Counted from the first letter of the stretch, positions 19,001 to 29,644 are shown. The stretch is 64,000 nucleotides of DNA from an uncultured Collinsella sp. (GCA_900549345.1 UROC01000001.1:20432-84431); one strand, 5' to 3'. Notes: a model not told the origin generated them from the letters alone. A program made the numbers and translations.

Positions 19001-22000
19001 CGGCCTTAGTAAAGGTGTAGTCTGCAGAACCCGTACTCGTGCTTCCGTAGCCAAAACTCTCCAGCAGGCTCGCATGGGTAAAAATCGTATTGCCTTTTTG
19101 GCTGGGCAAGCTGATTTTTTCGAACTTTGCTGTGACCTGATTGGCCTTGTCTCCCACGCCGAGCTTGCCAAACAAGCTTGTAGCTGCAATCTTTTTTCTC
19201 GCATCGTTATTGTATGAATCGGTTACCGAGATGTTCTTTGCATCAAGGTTTACAAGGGTCTGCATCTGGTTGATTAGCAATGGAGCGTATTGAGTGGTGT
19301 CCGTCACACCATCGACCGCAAGACCATCGAGCACTAGACCGTTTATCGTGATTTGTGCCACATTGGTTTTTTTGACGGGTCCATAGATATAACGACACAC
19401 AAGCGCGCCAGACGAGCTTCCCAAATCGCTCACAACAGAGCCCACGGTACCAGCAAGCGTGACATTCTCAACCTTAAGATCGCCCGTATGGGTTCGGATG
19501 AGAGCGCAGTGCATATTCTCGTGCTGCGTGGCTTCGCTATTCTTTTTGTTGCCTTCTTGCTCAGCTTTAATATCGGAATAATGAAACGTAATGGTTGCGT
19601 TTTTTACCGTTACCGTGGAATTACTAGTGGGGTTGGTGGGGTAGAAGCTGTATCCCTCTAGGTTGATATTCACGCCCCTGGAATCGTCCGTGCCAATATT
19701 GTTTCCTTTGAAAATCTCACGATTTCCCGGAATGATATAGCCCTGAATTGCAGGCGGGGCATACAGGTACGCGCACCAAAGCAACAAGTACTCCGGGCGG
19801 TCCATCCAGTTGCTCGCACTACTATTTTTTGAGTTGCCACCTACTGCCGTATACGCCTTGTCAAGATTGTAGTAATACCTCGTCCAAGCGTTGGTTTTGT
19901 GTGAGTTGCCGAAATTCGATCGATTGTGATAGCTGTTATCGCTTCCCGGATTTCCGCTCATGTCGAGCTTGCCGTTATTAACGTCATCTTTGGTATGAAG
20001 TGAAACGACAGTGTTCCATTCACCATCGATTAGCTTGCTGCCTGGCTTCCTGCCATCGCCAACCCATTCATCAAACTTCTCTATGGATTTAGCGTCCGCG
20101 ATATGAACGCCTTCGGCCCTATAGGCAGTACCCCAATAAGCCCTATCTTCTAGATATAATCCCGCATATGGCTCGGAACCGTATACTCCGTCGGCTACCC
20201 TGCTGCCGCGACCGACGAGCAAGCCCAACGTCTCGGCGTTGCCCGCATTAATTGTTGCGCCCGAAAGGTCGATGGCGTAGTCGTTGATGATCCAGTGGCC
20301 GCTAGCGGCGTATACAAGACCGCCGAGCTCCTTGGAATTCTCCGCAGTTATTGAGGCCTTGGTTGTTCTCAGAGCATAGGAGTTTACATCCTTGTTAACG
20401 CTGTTATCTCCGATAGTTACGACCGCGTTACCCCAGCTGTAACCCAAGAGGCCGCCCGCGCCATTGAGCTTATCGCCGTTCTTGCCGACGCTCATGGCGA
20501 GCGAATCGAACGCCAACCCTGTGATATTGACGGTCGCCACATTGGTCTTGTTTGTCACATTTTCTTGTTTACCCTGCGCAATGCAGCCGATAAGACCACC
20601 GACTTGAGCAATCTTACCGCTGACACAATTGCCGGTTGTGATTAATCCACCGACTTCGAGACCCGAAACATTGAATGTCGAGTCATAATCGCCCACACAA
20701 CCGATAGCGCCGCCAATACGACTATTGCCGTTAAGCGTTTTAGTTGCAGCGATGGTCGCTTGAGCCTTGCTATTACCCTCAAGCGAAACCGTAGAAGCCG
20801 CCGACACGCCGCCTGCAATACCACCAATGATCACATCGTTGGCGAACGTATCATCGCACGCGATATTCGTTTTACACGTTGCACCAGACAGCGTCAGACC
20901 ACCCGCAATGGTACCCGCAAGCGATCCGGCATCAATGGCCGCGCCGTTATCGAACTTCATAGAACCGTCGATGGTGACGTTGGAGACGGTTGCATTGTTG
21001 ACGACAGCGAACAAGCCCAGGCGGCCGTGGCGGTAGATTTTGCCGTTGCCGAAGCTGGTGTCGTCGGCACCAATCTTGCTATTGCCGCGCATGCCATAGG
21101 GCTCGCCCACTGCCAGGCTTATGGTGTGGCCGTTGCCGTTGAGCGTGGAGGCAAAGCTGTGGCTGTTCTCATCGATGCCGTCAATAATACGGGGAACCCG
21201 GTCTTTGGTAAGGCCGGTAAGACCCGTGCCGGAAAGGTTAATGTCTGCAGAGAGTGTGATGTTCGTCAAAGGAACCTGGGAAACGAAATTGCTATTCGCA
21301 ACGCCCTCCACGGCGGAGAAGTACCCGCTCGTTTGCCAGGTGATCGCCAGCTTTACGAAATCGTCGGCGCTTGTCAGCGCAAGGGCATCGCCGGTTTTTC
21401 GAGATTCGAACTAAAGCCCCACTGGTGCGAATCGTTGATGGTGACGAGATTATCGCTCAGCCCACTGCCCAGACGAATAACCTGTCCATAGCTGTAGACG
21501 TCGTCGATCTTGACCGGAGTGGTGGGGCGCTTGTATTTCCATTTCGTGGTGCTACCTGCGGTGGCGCCGCTGTCGCTTCCGCTGCCGGCGGCAAAAATCA
21601 GAGAGTTGAAGTTCTCATAGACTAGCTGCGCGGTGTGGTCATTTTCCGTGAAGGCGGCACCCGACAGGTCAGTGATGCCGCTGAACTTGACGATGCCGAG
21701 CCACGACGACCCGACGACTCCGGCAAAGCCGCCGTTCGAGCCGCCGATGTGGGCGCCGTCGGCGGTTTTGACCGTTAGGCCCCGCACTTCTAGGACGTTG
21801 TTTGTGTCCACGACGCCTACGGCACCGCCATACTTGCCATTATTGCTGGCGTAGCCCGATGTTGCACATGTCACCGTTGCGTCACTGATGACCACGGCGG
21901 ACACGTTGTTGCTCCCGCCACCTTGGCCAAGGTAGCCTACCAGGCCGCCCGCATATGTGAGCTTGCCGCTGGAGCCCACGCCGAACGATACCTCAACGCC

Positions 22001-23680
22001 ACTCTGCACCGTGAACGCGTGCAGTGCGTCGTTGCCGTTCTTCTGGCCCCACAGCTTACCCACCAAGCCGCCGTAGTTGCCGCGCGCGCTGCTGTTGTTG
22101 TCCGCTCCGTTTTGCAACGTGCTTGTATACGAGCCGCCGTTGACGGTCACATCGCCGTTCGAGATGTCGAGCACGCCGAACAGGCCGCCGGCAGAAGGGG
22201 GAGTACTCGTGTTGGACACGCTGAGATCCACACCCTCGCCAAAGTCGAATATATCGCTGTCGATGGTGAACCCGGCGGCAAAGGAGGCTTCGCCGATAAG
22301 GCCGCCTGCATACGTACCGGCCGATGGCGATCCAACCGCCCCCGCAGGCTTGATGGTGATGGGGTCGCCCGAGGCGTCTTTTCCGCTGTTATCCGTGCCC
22401 ACGGCGAGCGTGAGGTTGGTCGCCTTGCCGATAATGCCGCCCGCGGCGTTTTTGCCTGCGACGTTCAACGCCGAGACGTCGATGCTAGCGGATAGGGCGA
22501 CGGCGGCGCCCTCACACGCCTCGCCGATAAGTCCTCCCGCGTTGGCGCCATCGGCCGTCGCGTTGATGGTGGGGGTGCCGTTGAAATTGTCCGGCAGGGT
22601 AAGGCCTGCAAGTGTAAGTGATGCCCCTTCGACAAGGGTATTCACAAGCAGGCCCAGGTTGCCTGCGCTCGATTGCATATCGATCGCCAGGGGGCTGTTC
22701 GCGCTTGTCTCGTAGGTGGCGTCGAGTGCGAGCGCGCCCGTGACTTCACCCACAAGCGGCGAAGTGAGCTTAACGATGCTCGTTTCGGTATTTTCGTTGG
22801 GCTTGTCAACGGTAATGGTAGTGCTGAGCGTCTTGCCCTTGCCAGCAACCTTGGCGGCCACGATGGGCTGGGCGTCGGTACCCTTCCAGGTGAGCTTTAC
22901 GATGCTGCTTACTTCGCTGAGCTCGATATTGTTGAAGAGTGTCTTGTTGATGGCAAGGGTTCTGTCGCCCAGGTTGAGCGTGCCTTTGAAGGGGTAGTCA
23001 TCGCTGCCGAAGCCCTGGAACGTGAGGTTGCCCAGGTCGCCCACGGTCTCCGCGCCGCACACGTCGAAGTCGATGCCAGTCGAGCCACCTTTGGAAATGA
23101 TTGCGTTTTGGTAGATGGCGGGGTCGGTGTTGGAGATGGCGATAAGGTCGGCGTTGGACCCAAAGGTAATGGCTGTGACGGTGCCCGAGTCGTCAGTGGT
23201 GACCTTGTTGTCGCCCAGCACGGCCCTGAGCGCGTCGACAGTAGCGATGGTGGGGTTTGCCTGAGCGGCGGCATCTGCGTCCGCGTCATTTGCCTGCTTT
23301 TCGTCGGTGGCGTCGTCATCGGCAGTTGCATCGCCCTGGGATGTATCGCCCTCTGTTGGGGCATCGCCGCCGGCTCCATCGGTCGTGGAATCCTGCGAAT
23401 CGCCGGCGTTGGTTGAGCCGTTGCCACCCTCGGTAGCGCCCGCATCGGTGCCCGGAGTCGCTGCGGTGTCATCAGATGTGGCCTGGTCGGCATCTTCCAA
23501 AGCAGTGGTCACGGCATCATGTACGGAGCGCGCGGTGTTGCCCGCGGCACGCGCGGCAGAGACGGACGCCTCCATAACGGCGTCGAGCTCTTGCGCGAAC
23601 ACCTCTGTGGAGGGCGCGAGCGCCTGGAAAATCATGATCGCAGTCAGGCATGCGGTTGTTATGCGCTTTGCCGTTCTCAT
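13089..23680 (-). pseudogene. Giant secreted beta-rich adhesin-like protein (about 3,530 aa if joined), split into 768-aa and 2,740-aa ORFs by a one-base frameshift near 21395-21399
   Basis: Sec signal MRTAKR...VFA|QE; GLUG-like GG(L/I)(V/I)G repeats on both sides of the break; adding one A to the minus-strand A5 run gives continuous ...NLEKTGDALALTSADDFVKLAITWQ...; may be a sequencing error. Confidence 0.8.
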
Positions 23681-23727
23681 CTGGTCCTACCTCGTTCTAT
23701 CTCATGCCCCGCACGGGGTCTCAAAAT

Positions 23728-24729
23728 CTATGCTTGTGGCTTGTTCTGCGCAGCCGAACACGTAACGCCAATGCCTTCCCAGCTGTCGGGTGCGGTACCC
23801 GTCGCACGGTAAAAGGTAATAATCTCCGATCCGGGATTCATGGTGAACGTGACCAACCTTTTGCTTTTATCAACGGTCGCGCCGGAATGATTCGTCACAA
23901 AAAACGGGTCAAGCTCAACCTTATCGCCCCATGTAAGCTTGACTGTTGTTGGGGAGCCTGTAACGGTCACGCGATAGTTATAGGCATCAAAATGGCCAAT
24001 GCTATCGTTCTTGTCGACCCACTCACCCGAAACGCCCGAGGCCGTTACCTCCGCGCGCTCGGCAGGCGCAATCTTGGCCGCGAGCCATTTAAGGTTGGTT
24101 CCGGGGCTGTTGGGGCCGACCTGGGCCTTGACCGTAAAGGATGCTGTGTTGAGGTCCGTCTTGGCAAACGTAACCGTATAGGTATACATGGTTGCCTTGT
24201 TGGCGGGGAAGGAAAGATTGACCGTGCCGTCCGTCGCCAGCTCAGGCTCACCGCTAACGCTCCAAGTACCCGTCGTGCCCGTCGCCCTCACGCTCAGTGT
24301 CGCGTTGACATCCTTGTCGTTAACCTTGTTCTTGTCGCCCAGCAGATGGTTGTAAATACGGAAGGTAAAGGAGCAGGTTTCCCCACTCGTGTCGACGACA
24401 ACGCTTCGGACGGCAATTTCCCCGTCACCCAGGCTCTCGCTCGTATAACCCGTGAGCATGTCCGAGGCAAACAGCGCCTGCGACGTGCCCGAAACGACAA
24501 CCGACTTAAGGAAGTCGCCCGCCAAAAAGGCCGTGTAGGTAAGGTAGGTACCCGTCGCAATCGCGACGGCGCACAGCAGCACCGCAACCGCCCACAGACG
24601 CTTGTGCGCTTTGGAGGCAGGGGACGCCGACTCCGCCATGCGAGACTTCGCCTTAGAATCATCAACCTGCGCAAAGTGCTTGCCGGCAGGCCTTGCGATT
24701 TCATTTTGCTCGTTCTTGTCTTTCTTCAT
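23728..24729 (-). CDS. Membrane-anchored or secreted beta-rich protein, prepilin-like
   Basis: RBS gggaggg; basic N-region, hydrophobic stretch ending TYLTYTAF, then a beta-rich domain. Confidence 0.75.
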   Translation of the reverse strand: MKKDKNEQNEIARPAGKHFAQVDDSKAKSRMAESASPASKAHKRLWAVAVLLCAVAIATGTYLTYTAFLAGDFLKSVVVSGTSQALFASDMLTGYTSESLGDGEIAVRSVVVDTSGETCSFTFRIYNHLLGDKNKVNDKDVNATLSVRATGTTGTWSVSGEPELATDGTVNLSFPANKATMYTYTVTFAKTDLNTASFTVKAQVGPNSPGTNLKWLAAKIAPAERAEVTASGVSGEWVDKNDSIGHFDAYNYRVTVTGSPTTVKLTWGDKVELDPFFVTNHSGATVDKSKRLVTFTMNPGSEIITFYRATGTAPDSWEGIGVTCSAAQNKPQA

Positions 24730-24752
24730 CTGACGCCCCTCCCTTCCTGCTA

Positions 24753-25562
24753 CTAGTTGCCGTTCGTGCCGCGAGCGATTAGATACACCATGTCGGTCTC
24801 TTTGACGTTTGAGGCCTTGCTGGTGCCATCTGCGTTGGTCACAACGCCTGGATTCCACGTACACTCGATGATGAAGTTTGTGGCGGCGTTGGCTTTTTGG
24901 GTCGTTTCGTCGTAACCATCGAGCTCGCTCTTTGCGAACTTGTAATACCGGTAGAGCGGGCGGGCGTTTTCCTGGACATTTTTATATTTACCGTATGTTG
25001 GATCGTCGTTGGCAAGCCCTTGAGCCAAGCTGCTCGTCTCGTCAATATTGATAAACTTGAACGAAATCGGGTCGCCCTTTTTGCTCCACGAATACGGATT
25101 GTTGAGTCCGTCGAGGCCAACCACATCGCCCTTCGTGGTCGGCGGGTCATTGACCGTCACGTGATACACGCTGATTGTCAGCCCCGTGATATTCGTGGTA
25201 TTGGCCACCTGCAGCTCAAACGCCTGACCGCCAGCACCGGGCTTATCGGCATTGTCGCTCTGCACACAAAACGCGCGCCGGATGGTCACCGTGCCGTCAG
25301 CGTTCTTCACATCGCCGCGTGACTCGTCATACGAAATCTCGATGGGCTCAATGGTCGTCTGGTTGGGACCCAGCACCTTAAGCCGTGCCGGCGTTTGAAT
25401 TTTGCCCACCGTAGACAGGCTTTTGCTGCCCACAAACCACGAGAGCGACAGGCCGATGATGAGAACGATTGCCGCCAAGAGCACCAAGACCGCAAGGGCT
25501 TGTGCGCGATGGTTTTCTATCCAATTGCGGGCGTCGCCGAGGCGCGTTTGCATGGTACTCAT
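24753..25562 (-). CDS. Secreted protein with SipW-class-like signal (LSLSWF)
   Basis: Hydrophobic helix ending GLSLSWF; ATGA coupling to the upstream gene. Confidence 0.75.
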   Translation of the reverse strand: MSTMQTRLGDARNWIENHRAQALAVLVLLAAIVLIIGLSLSWFVGSKSLSTVGKIQTPARLKVLGPNQTTIEPIEISYDESRGDVKNADGTVTIRRAFCVQSDNADKPGAGGQAFELQVANTTNITGLTISVYHVTVNDPPTTKGDVVGLDGLNNPYSWSKKGDPISFKFINIDETSSLAQGLANDDPTYGKYKNVQENARPLYRYYKFAKSELDGYDETTQKANAATNFIIECTWNPGVVTNADGTSKASNVKETDMVYLIARGTNGN

Positions 25563-26605
25563 GAGCTCACGCCCTCCTGAGCGCTAATTCTAAGTTGGAT
25601 GTAATCGACCTTATTGCCGATCTGCTCGTCCGCGTTGTTGTACAGCGCCGAACAGATGGCAGCATCGTTAGAGGACATGCTGGCCGAAACCTCGGGAGCG
25701 TTGGCGGCTTCCTTGTCACCTGCCGCGCCGAAGAAATAGTTCGTTTTATTCTTGTTCATATCCGCTTGCAGGGAGCCGTAGTTGTCGTCCGCCGCTGTGA
25801 ATAGATTCTTGTAGTAATTGGTGTTGCCCGTAAGGACAAAGTTTTGGAAGTACTCCGGCCATACCCAGTACAGGGTCACCTCTACTGGCTCTGTGGTCTC
25901 GTTCGACCCCTTCTCGCAAAATGCGCTCTTGGGAATCTCGATCTTGCTATCGACTGCGCGCCCCGAGTAGTACCCGTTCTCGTTGCAGCTCGTAAAGAAC
26001 AGCAAATGGCCCTTAACCAAGCCAAGGAGCGTTTGCGCATCAGGCGTCAGCGTGTTTCCGTCCTCAACAACTCCAACGCCCGTGACTTTGAGCACGCGCG
26101 ACAAGTTAATCGTGACCCCGTTCAGGTCACTCACCTGCGGCGTCACCGTAAATGTAATCTTGCCGCGAGCGCCCGGATACAGAGAACCAGCGGACTCGTT
26201 GTTGAGGTTGGAGCCCAGCGTTACCGTCATGGCGTCGGTCGTATCGAACCCCTGGATGTTTTGCTTTTCGGCGTCCGTCCGCTCGGAACGCTCATAATAG
26301 CCCACACGAGGGGCGTCATCGATTGCAGCGGCAATCGTGTATCGTTCGGCCTTCGCCGCGATCGTGCTCCCCGTGGCACTCACTCGGTTATTCGCGGCAA
26401 ACCAGGCCAGGCATGCAAAGATGGCAACGATGGCGACCAGCACAAACAGACCGCTCACCAGGAAATCCTTCCAGAAATCCTTGAGGGTCCGCACATGCTC
26501 GTCGGCAGCCTGGCGGTACTCGGCTGCCGTCTTGTGCTGCTGGAGCTCGCTATGTCGGTCCATGCCACTCATCGTTTGCGTTTGCCCTGCTTGCGGGCGT
26601 GCCAT
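25559..26605 (-). CDS. Secreted protein with SipW-class-like signal (CLAWF), TasA/CalY-like features
   Basis: TM helix ending ACLAWFAANNRVSA; LYPGARGKITFTV and VTLYWVWP motifs; start codon uncertain. Confidence 0.75.
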   Translation of the reverse strand: MARPQAGQTQTMSGMDRHSELQQHKTAAEYRQAADEHVRTLKDFWKDFLVSGLFVLVAIVAIFACLAWFAANNRVSATGSTIAAKAERYTIAAAIDDAPRVGYYERSERTDAEKQNIQGFDTTDAMTVTLGSNLNNESAGSLYPGARGKITFTVTPQVSDLNGVTINLSRVLKVTGVGVVEDGNTLTPDAQTLLGLVKGHLLFFTSCNENGYYSGRAVDSKIEIPKSAFCEKGSNETTEPVEVTLYWVWPEYFQNFVLTGNTNYYKNLFTAADDNYGSLQADMNKNKTNYFFGAAGDKEAANAPEVSASMSSNDAAICSALYNNADEQIGNKVDYIQLRISAQEGVSS

Positions 26606-26847
26606 CCTTTCGGCTTGGTCGTGCTTAATCCGTTGTTCGCAGGTAGAGAATTCAGGCAGAATACAACACCGTACGATAAGGTAAAAGAATAGCATTGACC
26701 TGCGGTTTGCTCCACAACGCAAGCCTTAATGATGTCTTAAAAGTCAAACCCTTGGTGCAAGGGGATCAGGGGCGCTCTTATTGGCAAAAAGGCGGGGAGC
26801 ACCGATACGGCACTCCCCGCCCACTCAATACGCGATAGCTTTCTTGC

Positions 26848-28878
26848 TTAGAGCTCGTTGGCCGCGTGATATGCCGTGCGAATGGCGCTCGCGATGTCGG
26901 CGGTGCGCTCGCCCGAGCAGTCGCCCACGCAGGTCACGGGCGCCGTCACGCCGTCCAGGTCAAACGCGTTGGCCTTGGAGCCCACGGCCATCACCACGTA
27001 ATCGCAGGCGATCTTCACCGGCTCCTCGGCGCCATCCTCGGTGGTGCGAACAGCCTCCACGCCCTCGTCGGTAATGGCGGTCAGGCGGGTCTTCACGTGC
27101 TGCTCCACATTGTGCTCGGCAAAGTCGCTCATAATCAGCGGCAGAATGGTCTCGGACTCGCCCGCGGCAATCTTGTCGAGTATCTCCACGATCGCCACCT
27201 CGCAGCCGTGCTGCAGCAGGTACTCGGCAGTCTCGGTGCCCACCAGGCCACCGCCAATGACGGCGACGCGCCCGCTGAGCTCCACCTTGCCGGCCAGCAC
27301 GTCCCAGCTCGAGACGACCTTCTCCGAGTCGGCGCCCGGAACGGGGATGACCACGTCGTGCGCGCCCACGGCCACAATCGCGGCGTCGGCGGCGTTGAGG
27401 TCCTCAGCGGTAGCGGCATGGTTGAGCTCAACCTTCACGCCCAGGCCAGGCAGAATCTTCTCGTAGTACTCGACGGAGCGCATAATCTCGTCCTTGCGCG
27501 GAGGCGCAGCAGCCAGCACAATCTGGCCGCCCAGATGATCGCTCGCCTCGTAGACAGTCACGTCGTAGCCGCGCTTGGCCGCCACGCGCGCGGCCTCCAG
27601 GCCGGCGATGCCGCCGCCCACCACGGCGATCTTCTTGTCGCCCTCGCCCGGCTTGATGGCGATGGTCGCCTCGTCACCGTTCTCGGCATTAAGCACGCAC
27701 GAGATGTACTTGCGGTTTTGAATCGCGTCGACGCAGCCCTTGTTGCAGTTGAGGCACTCGCGAATGGGTTCGCCCGTCGCGGCCTTCAGCGCAATGTCGG
27801 GGTCGCACATGAGCGAGCGGCCATAGGCGATGATGTCGGCCGAGCCATCCTCCAAGATCTTCTCGCCCGCCTCGACCGAAACAACGCGGCCGACGGTTGC
27901 CACCGGCACGGAGACCAGGGCCTTAACGCGCTCGGCCACAGGCAGCGTCCAGTTGTAGGGCATGGCGCCCATGGGCGGAATGGTGTCGCCCATGTTGCCG
28001 GTGTGGTTTGCCTGCGCGACCTGGATCATATCGATACCGGCGCCCTCGAGCAGCTTGGCGAACTCGCAGGCCTCGTCGGGCAGCAAGCCGCCCTTGCCGC
28101 GCGACGTGCCGTCGGGGTTCTCCATGATCACGGGGAGCTTGTACTCCACCATCAGCTCCGGCGCGGCCTCCTTAATGGCCGCGACGACCTCCAGCGCATA
28201 ACGAACGCGGTTCTCGAACGAGCCACCGTACTCGTCCGTGCGCTTGTTGAGGATCGCGGAGCACAGCGAGCCCACCAGACGGTCGCCGTGGACCTCGATG
28301 GCGTCGATGCCAGCCTGCTGCGCGCGGGCGGCCGAGGCGGCGATGGCCTCTTTGATCTGGGTGAGCTGCTCTACGCTCGCCTCATTCACAAAGTGCTGCA
28401 TATCGTGGTGCAGCTTGGCGTAGGCCTGCTTGCGGATCTCGTTGGACTCGGCCATCTTGGCGGCGAAGGTCTCCTCGTCGCCGGCGGCCTTGGCCTCCTG
28501 CGCGGCCTTGGCGGCGGCCATGGAGCCCATGACCATGCGGCCGACGCCGGGCACGTCGTACTCGGGGTGGAACAGCTGCAGCGCGACCTTGGCGCCGTGC
28601 TTGTGGACGGCGTCGGCCAGGGCCTTAAACGTGGGGATCTGGGCGTCGGTTGCCAGCTTGGGCGTGGGGCTCGCGGTCATAACGGGAGCGACATCGCCGA
28701 TGACGATGTAGCTCACGCCGCCACGGGCCAGGCGCTCGTAAAAAGCCAGGCTGCGCTCGCCGATGGAACCGTCGCGCTCCTCATAGCCGGTGGTCAGCGG
28801 CGGGAACATAATGCGGTTCTTGAGCTCAAGGGGGCCAACCGTAATGGGCTGGAGCAGCTTGGATGCAGGTGCGGTCAT
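26848..28878 (-). CDS. bilR: Old Yellow Enzyme family flavin oxidoreductase; bilirubin reductase, long form (candidate)
   Basis: TIM-barrel OYE domain with active-site EVHGDRL (HGDR), Fe-S motif CLNCNKGC...C, two Rossmann folds (VVGGGIAG, VIGGGLVG). Confidence 0.8.
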   Translation of the reverse strand: MTAPASKLLQPITVGPLELKNRIMFPPLTTGYEERDGSIGERSLAFYERLARGGVSYIVIGDVAPVMTASPTPKLATDAQIPTFKALADAVHKHGAKVALQLFHPEYDVPGVGRMVMGSMAAAKAAQEAKAAGDEETFAAKMAESNEIRKQAYAKLHHDMQHFVNEASVEQLTQIKEAIAASAARAQQAGIDAIEVHGDRLVGSLCSAILNKRTDEYGGSFENRVRYALEVVAAIKEAAPELMVEYKLPVIMENPDGTSRGKGGLLPDEACEFAKLLEGAGIDMIQVAQANHTGNMGDTIPPMGAMPYNWTLPVAERVKALVSVPVATVGRVVSVEAGEKILEDGSADIIAYGRSLMCDPDIALKAATGEPIRECLNCNKGCVDAIQNRKYISCVLNAENGDEATIAIKPGEGDKKIAVVGGGIAGLEAARVAAKRGYDVTVYEASDHLGGQIVLAAAPPRKDEIMRSVEYYEKILPGLGVKVELNHAATAEDLNAADAAIVAVGAHDVVIPVPGADSEKVVSSWDVLAGKVELSGRVAVIGGGLVGTETAEYLLQHGCEVAIVEILDKIAAGESETILPLIMSDFAEHNVEQHVKTRLTAITDEGVEAVRTTEDGAEEPVKIACDYVVMAVGSKANAFDLDGVTAPVTCVGDCSGERTADIASAIRTAYHAANEL

Positions 28879-29020
28879 GGATATTCCTCTCTTGTAGGCG
28901 CGGCGGCGATGATGCCGCGTAGTTGTCTAAAGGATATGGCATGGGAGCACGGCGACGCAACGGAAATCGGCGGATAGCAGGTAGCGACAGGTGGATGGGG
29001 CGGGGCGGCCCGTCGGTTTG

Positions 29021-29478
29021 TCTCAATCTGTAACAGTAAGACCCTATTTTGCCGAGCAACTGTTACAGATCGAGACAAACCAAAACCGTCCCGGCGAAAA
29101 ATCTCAATCTGTAACAGCTACAGGCCAAAAACGACCCTAGATGTTACAGATCGAGACATTCCTCTCGACCCATCCCTAACAATCTAGATCTGTAACATCT
29201 GGACCCACTTTTGCCCCCTACCTGTTACAGATTGAGACAAACCAATCCCGTCTGCCGAAAGATCTAGATCTGTAACAGTTACTCGGCAAAATGGGCCCCA
29301 GATGTTACAAATCGAGACAAACGGGACCCGCCTGCAAGAAAATCTCAATCTGTAACAACAACTCGGCAAAATCCGTCCCTCGTGTTACAGATTTAGACAA
29401 ACGGAGACCGTCCTGCCGAAAGATCTCAATCTGTAACACCTAGCCGCCCAAATCGGGTCCACCTGTTACAGATCGAGA
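29021..29478. repeat. Phased array of 6 inverted-repeat units (15-nt arm, 25-nt spacer, 15-nt inverted arm; period 80-81 nt), family F
   Basis: tctcaatctgtaaca-like arms at 29021, 29102, 29183, 29263, 29343, 29424; tgttacagat(c/t)gaga-like arms at 29061, 29142, 29223, 29303, 29383, 29464. Confidence 0.93.
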
Positions 29479-29567
29479 TTATGTTTGAGAGGCTGGAAAT
29501 TGGACTGAGAAAACAGTCCCGGAATAACAAAAAAGCTCGCCGGCCAGGCCGACGAGCTGCAAGTTCT

Positions 29568-29644
29568 TGGTCGCGGGGGCAGGATTTGAACCTACGACCT
29601 CCGGGTTATGAGCCCGGCGAGCTACCAGACTGCTCCACCCCGCA
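29568..29644 (-). tRNA. tRNA-Met(CAT), initiator type
   Basis: GTGGAGCAGTCTGGTAGCTCG D-arm, anticodon arm CCGGG-CTCATAA-CCCGG with three G:C pairs, GGTTCAAATCC T-arm, encoded CCA. Confidence 0.95.

Noticed and set aside
29021..29478. CRISPR array
   Set aside because: Repeats are only 15 nt and alternate in orientation, spacers are related to each other, and no cas genes are in the window
12018..29568. tRNA-anchored genomic island or ICE downstream of tRNA-fMet
   Set aside because: No integrase and no duplicated tRNA 3' end (att site) found by eye
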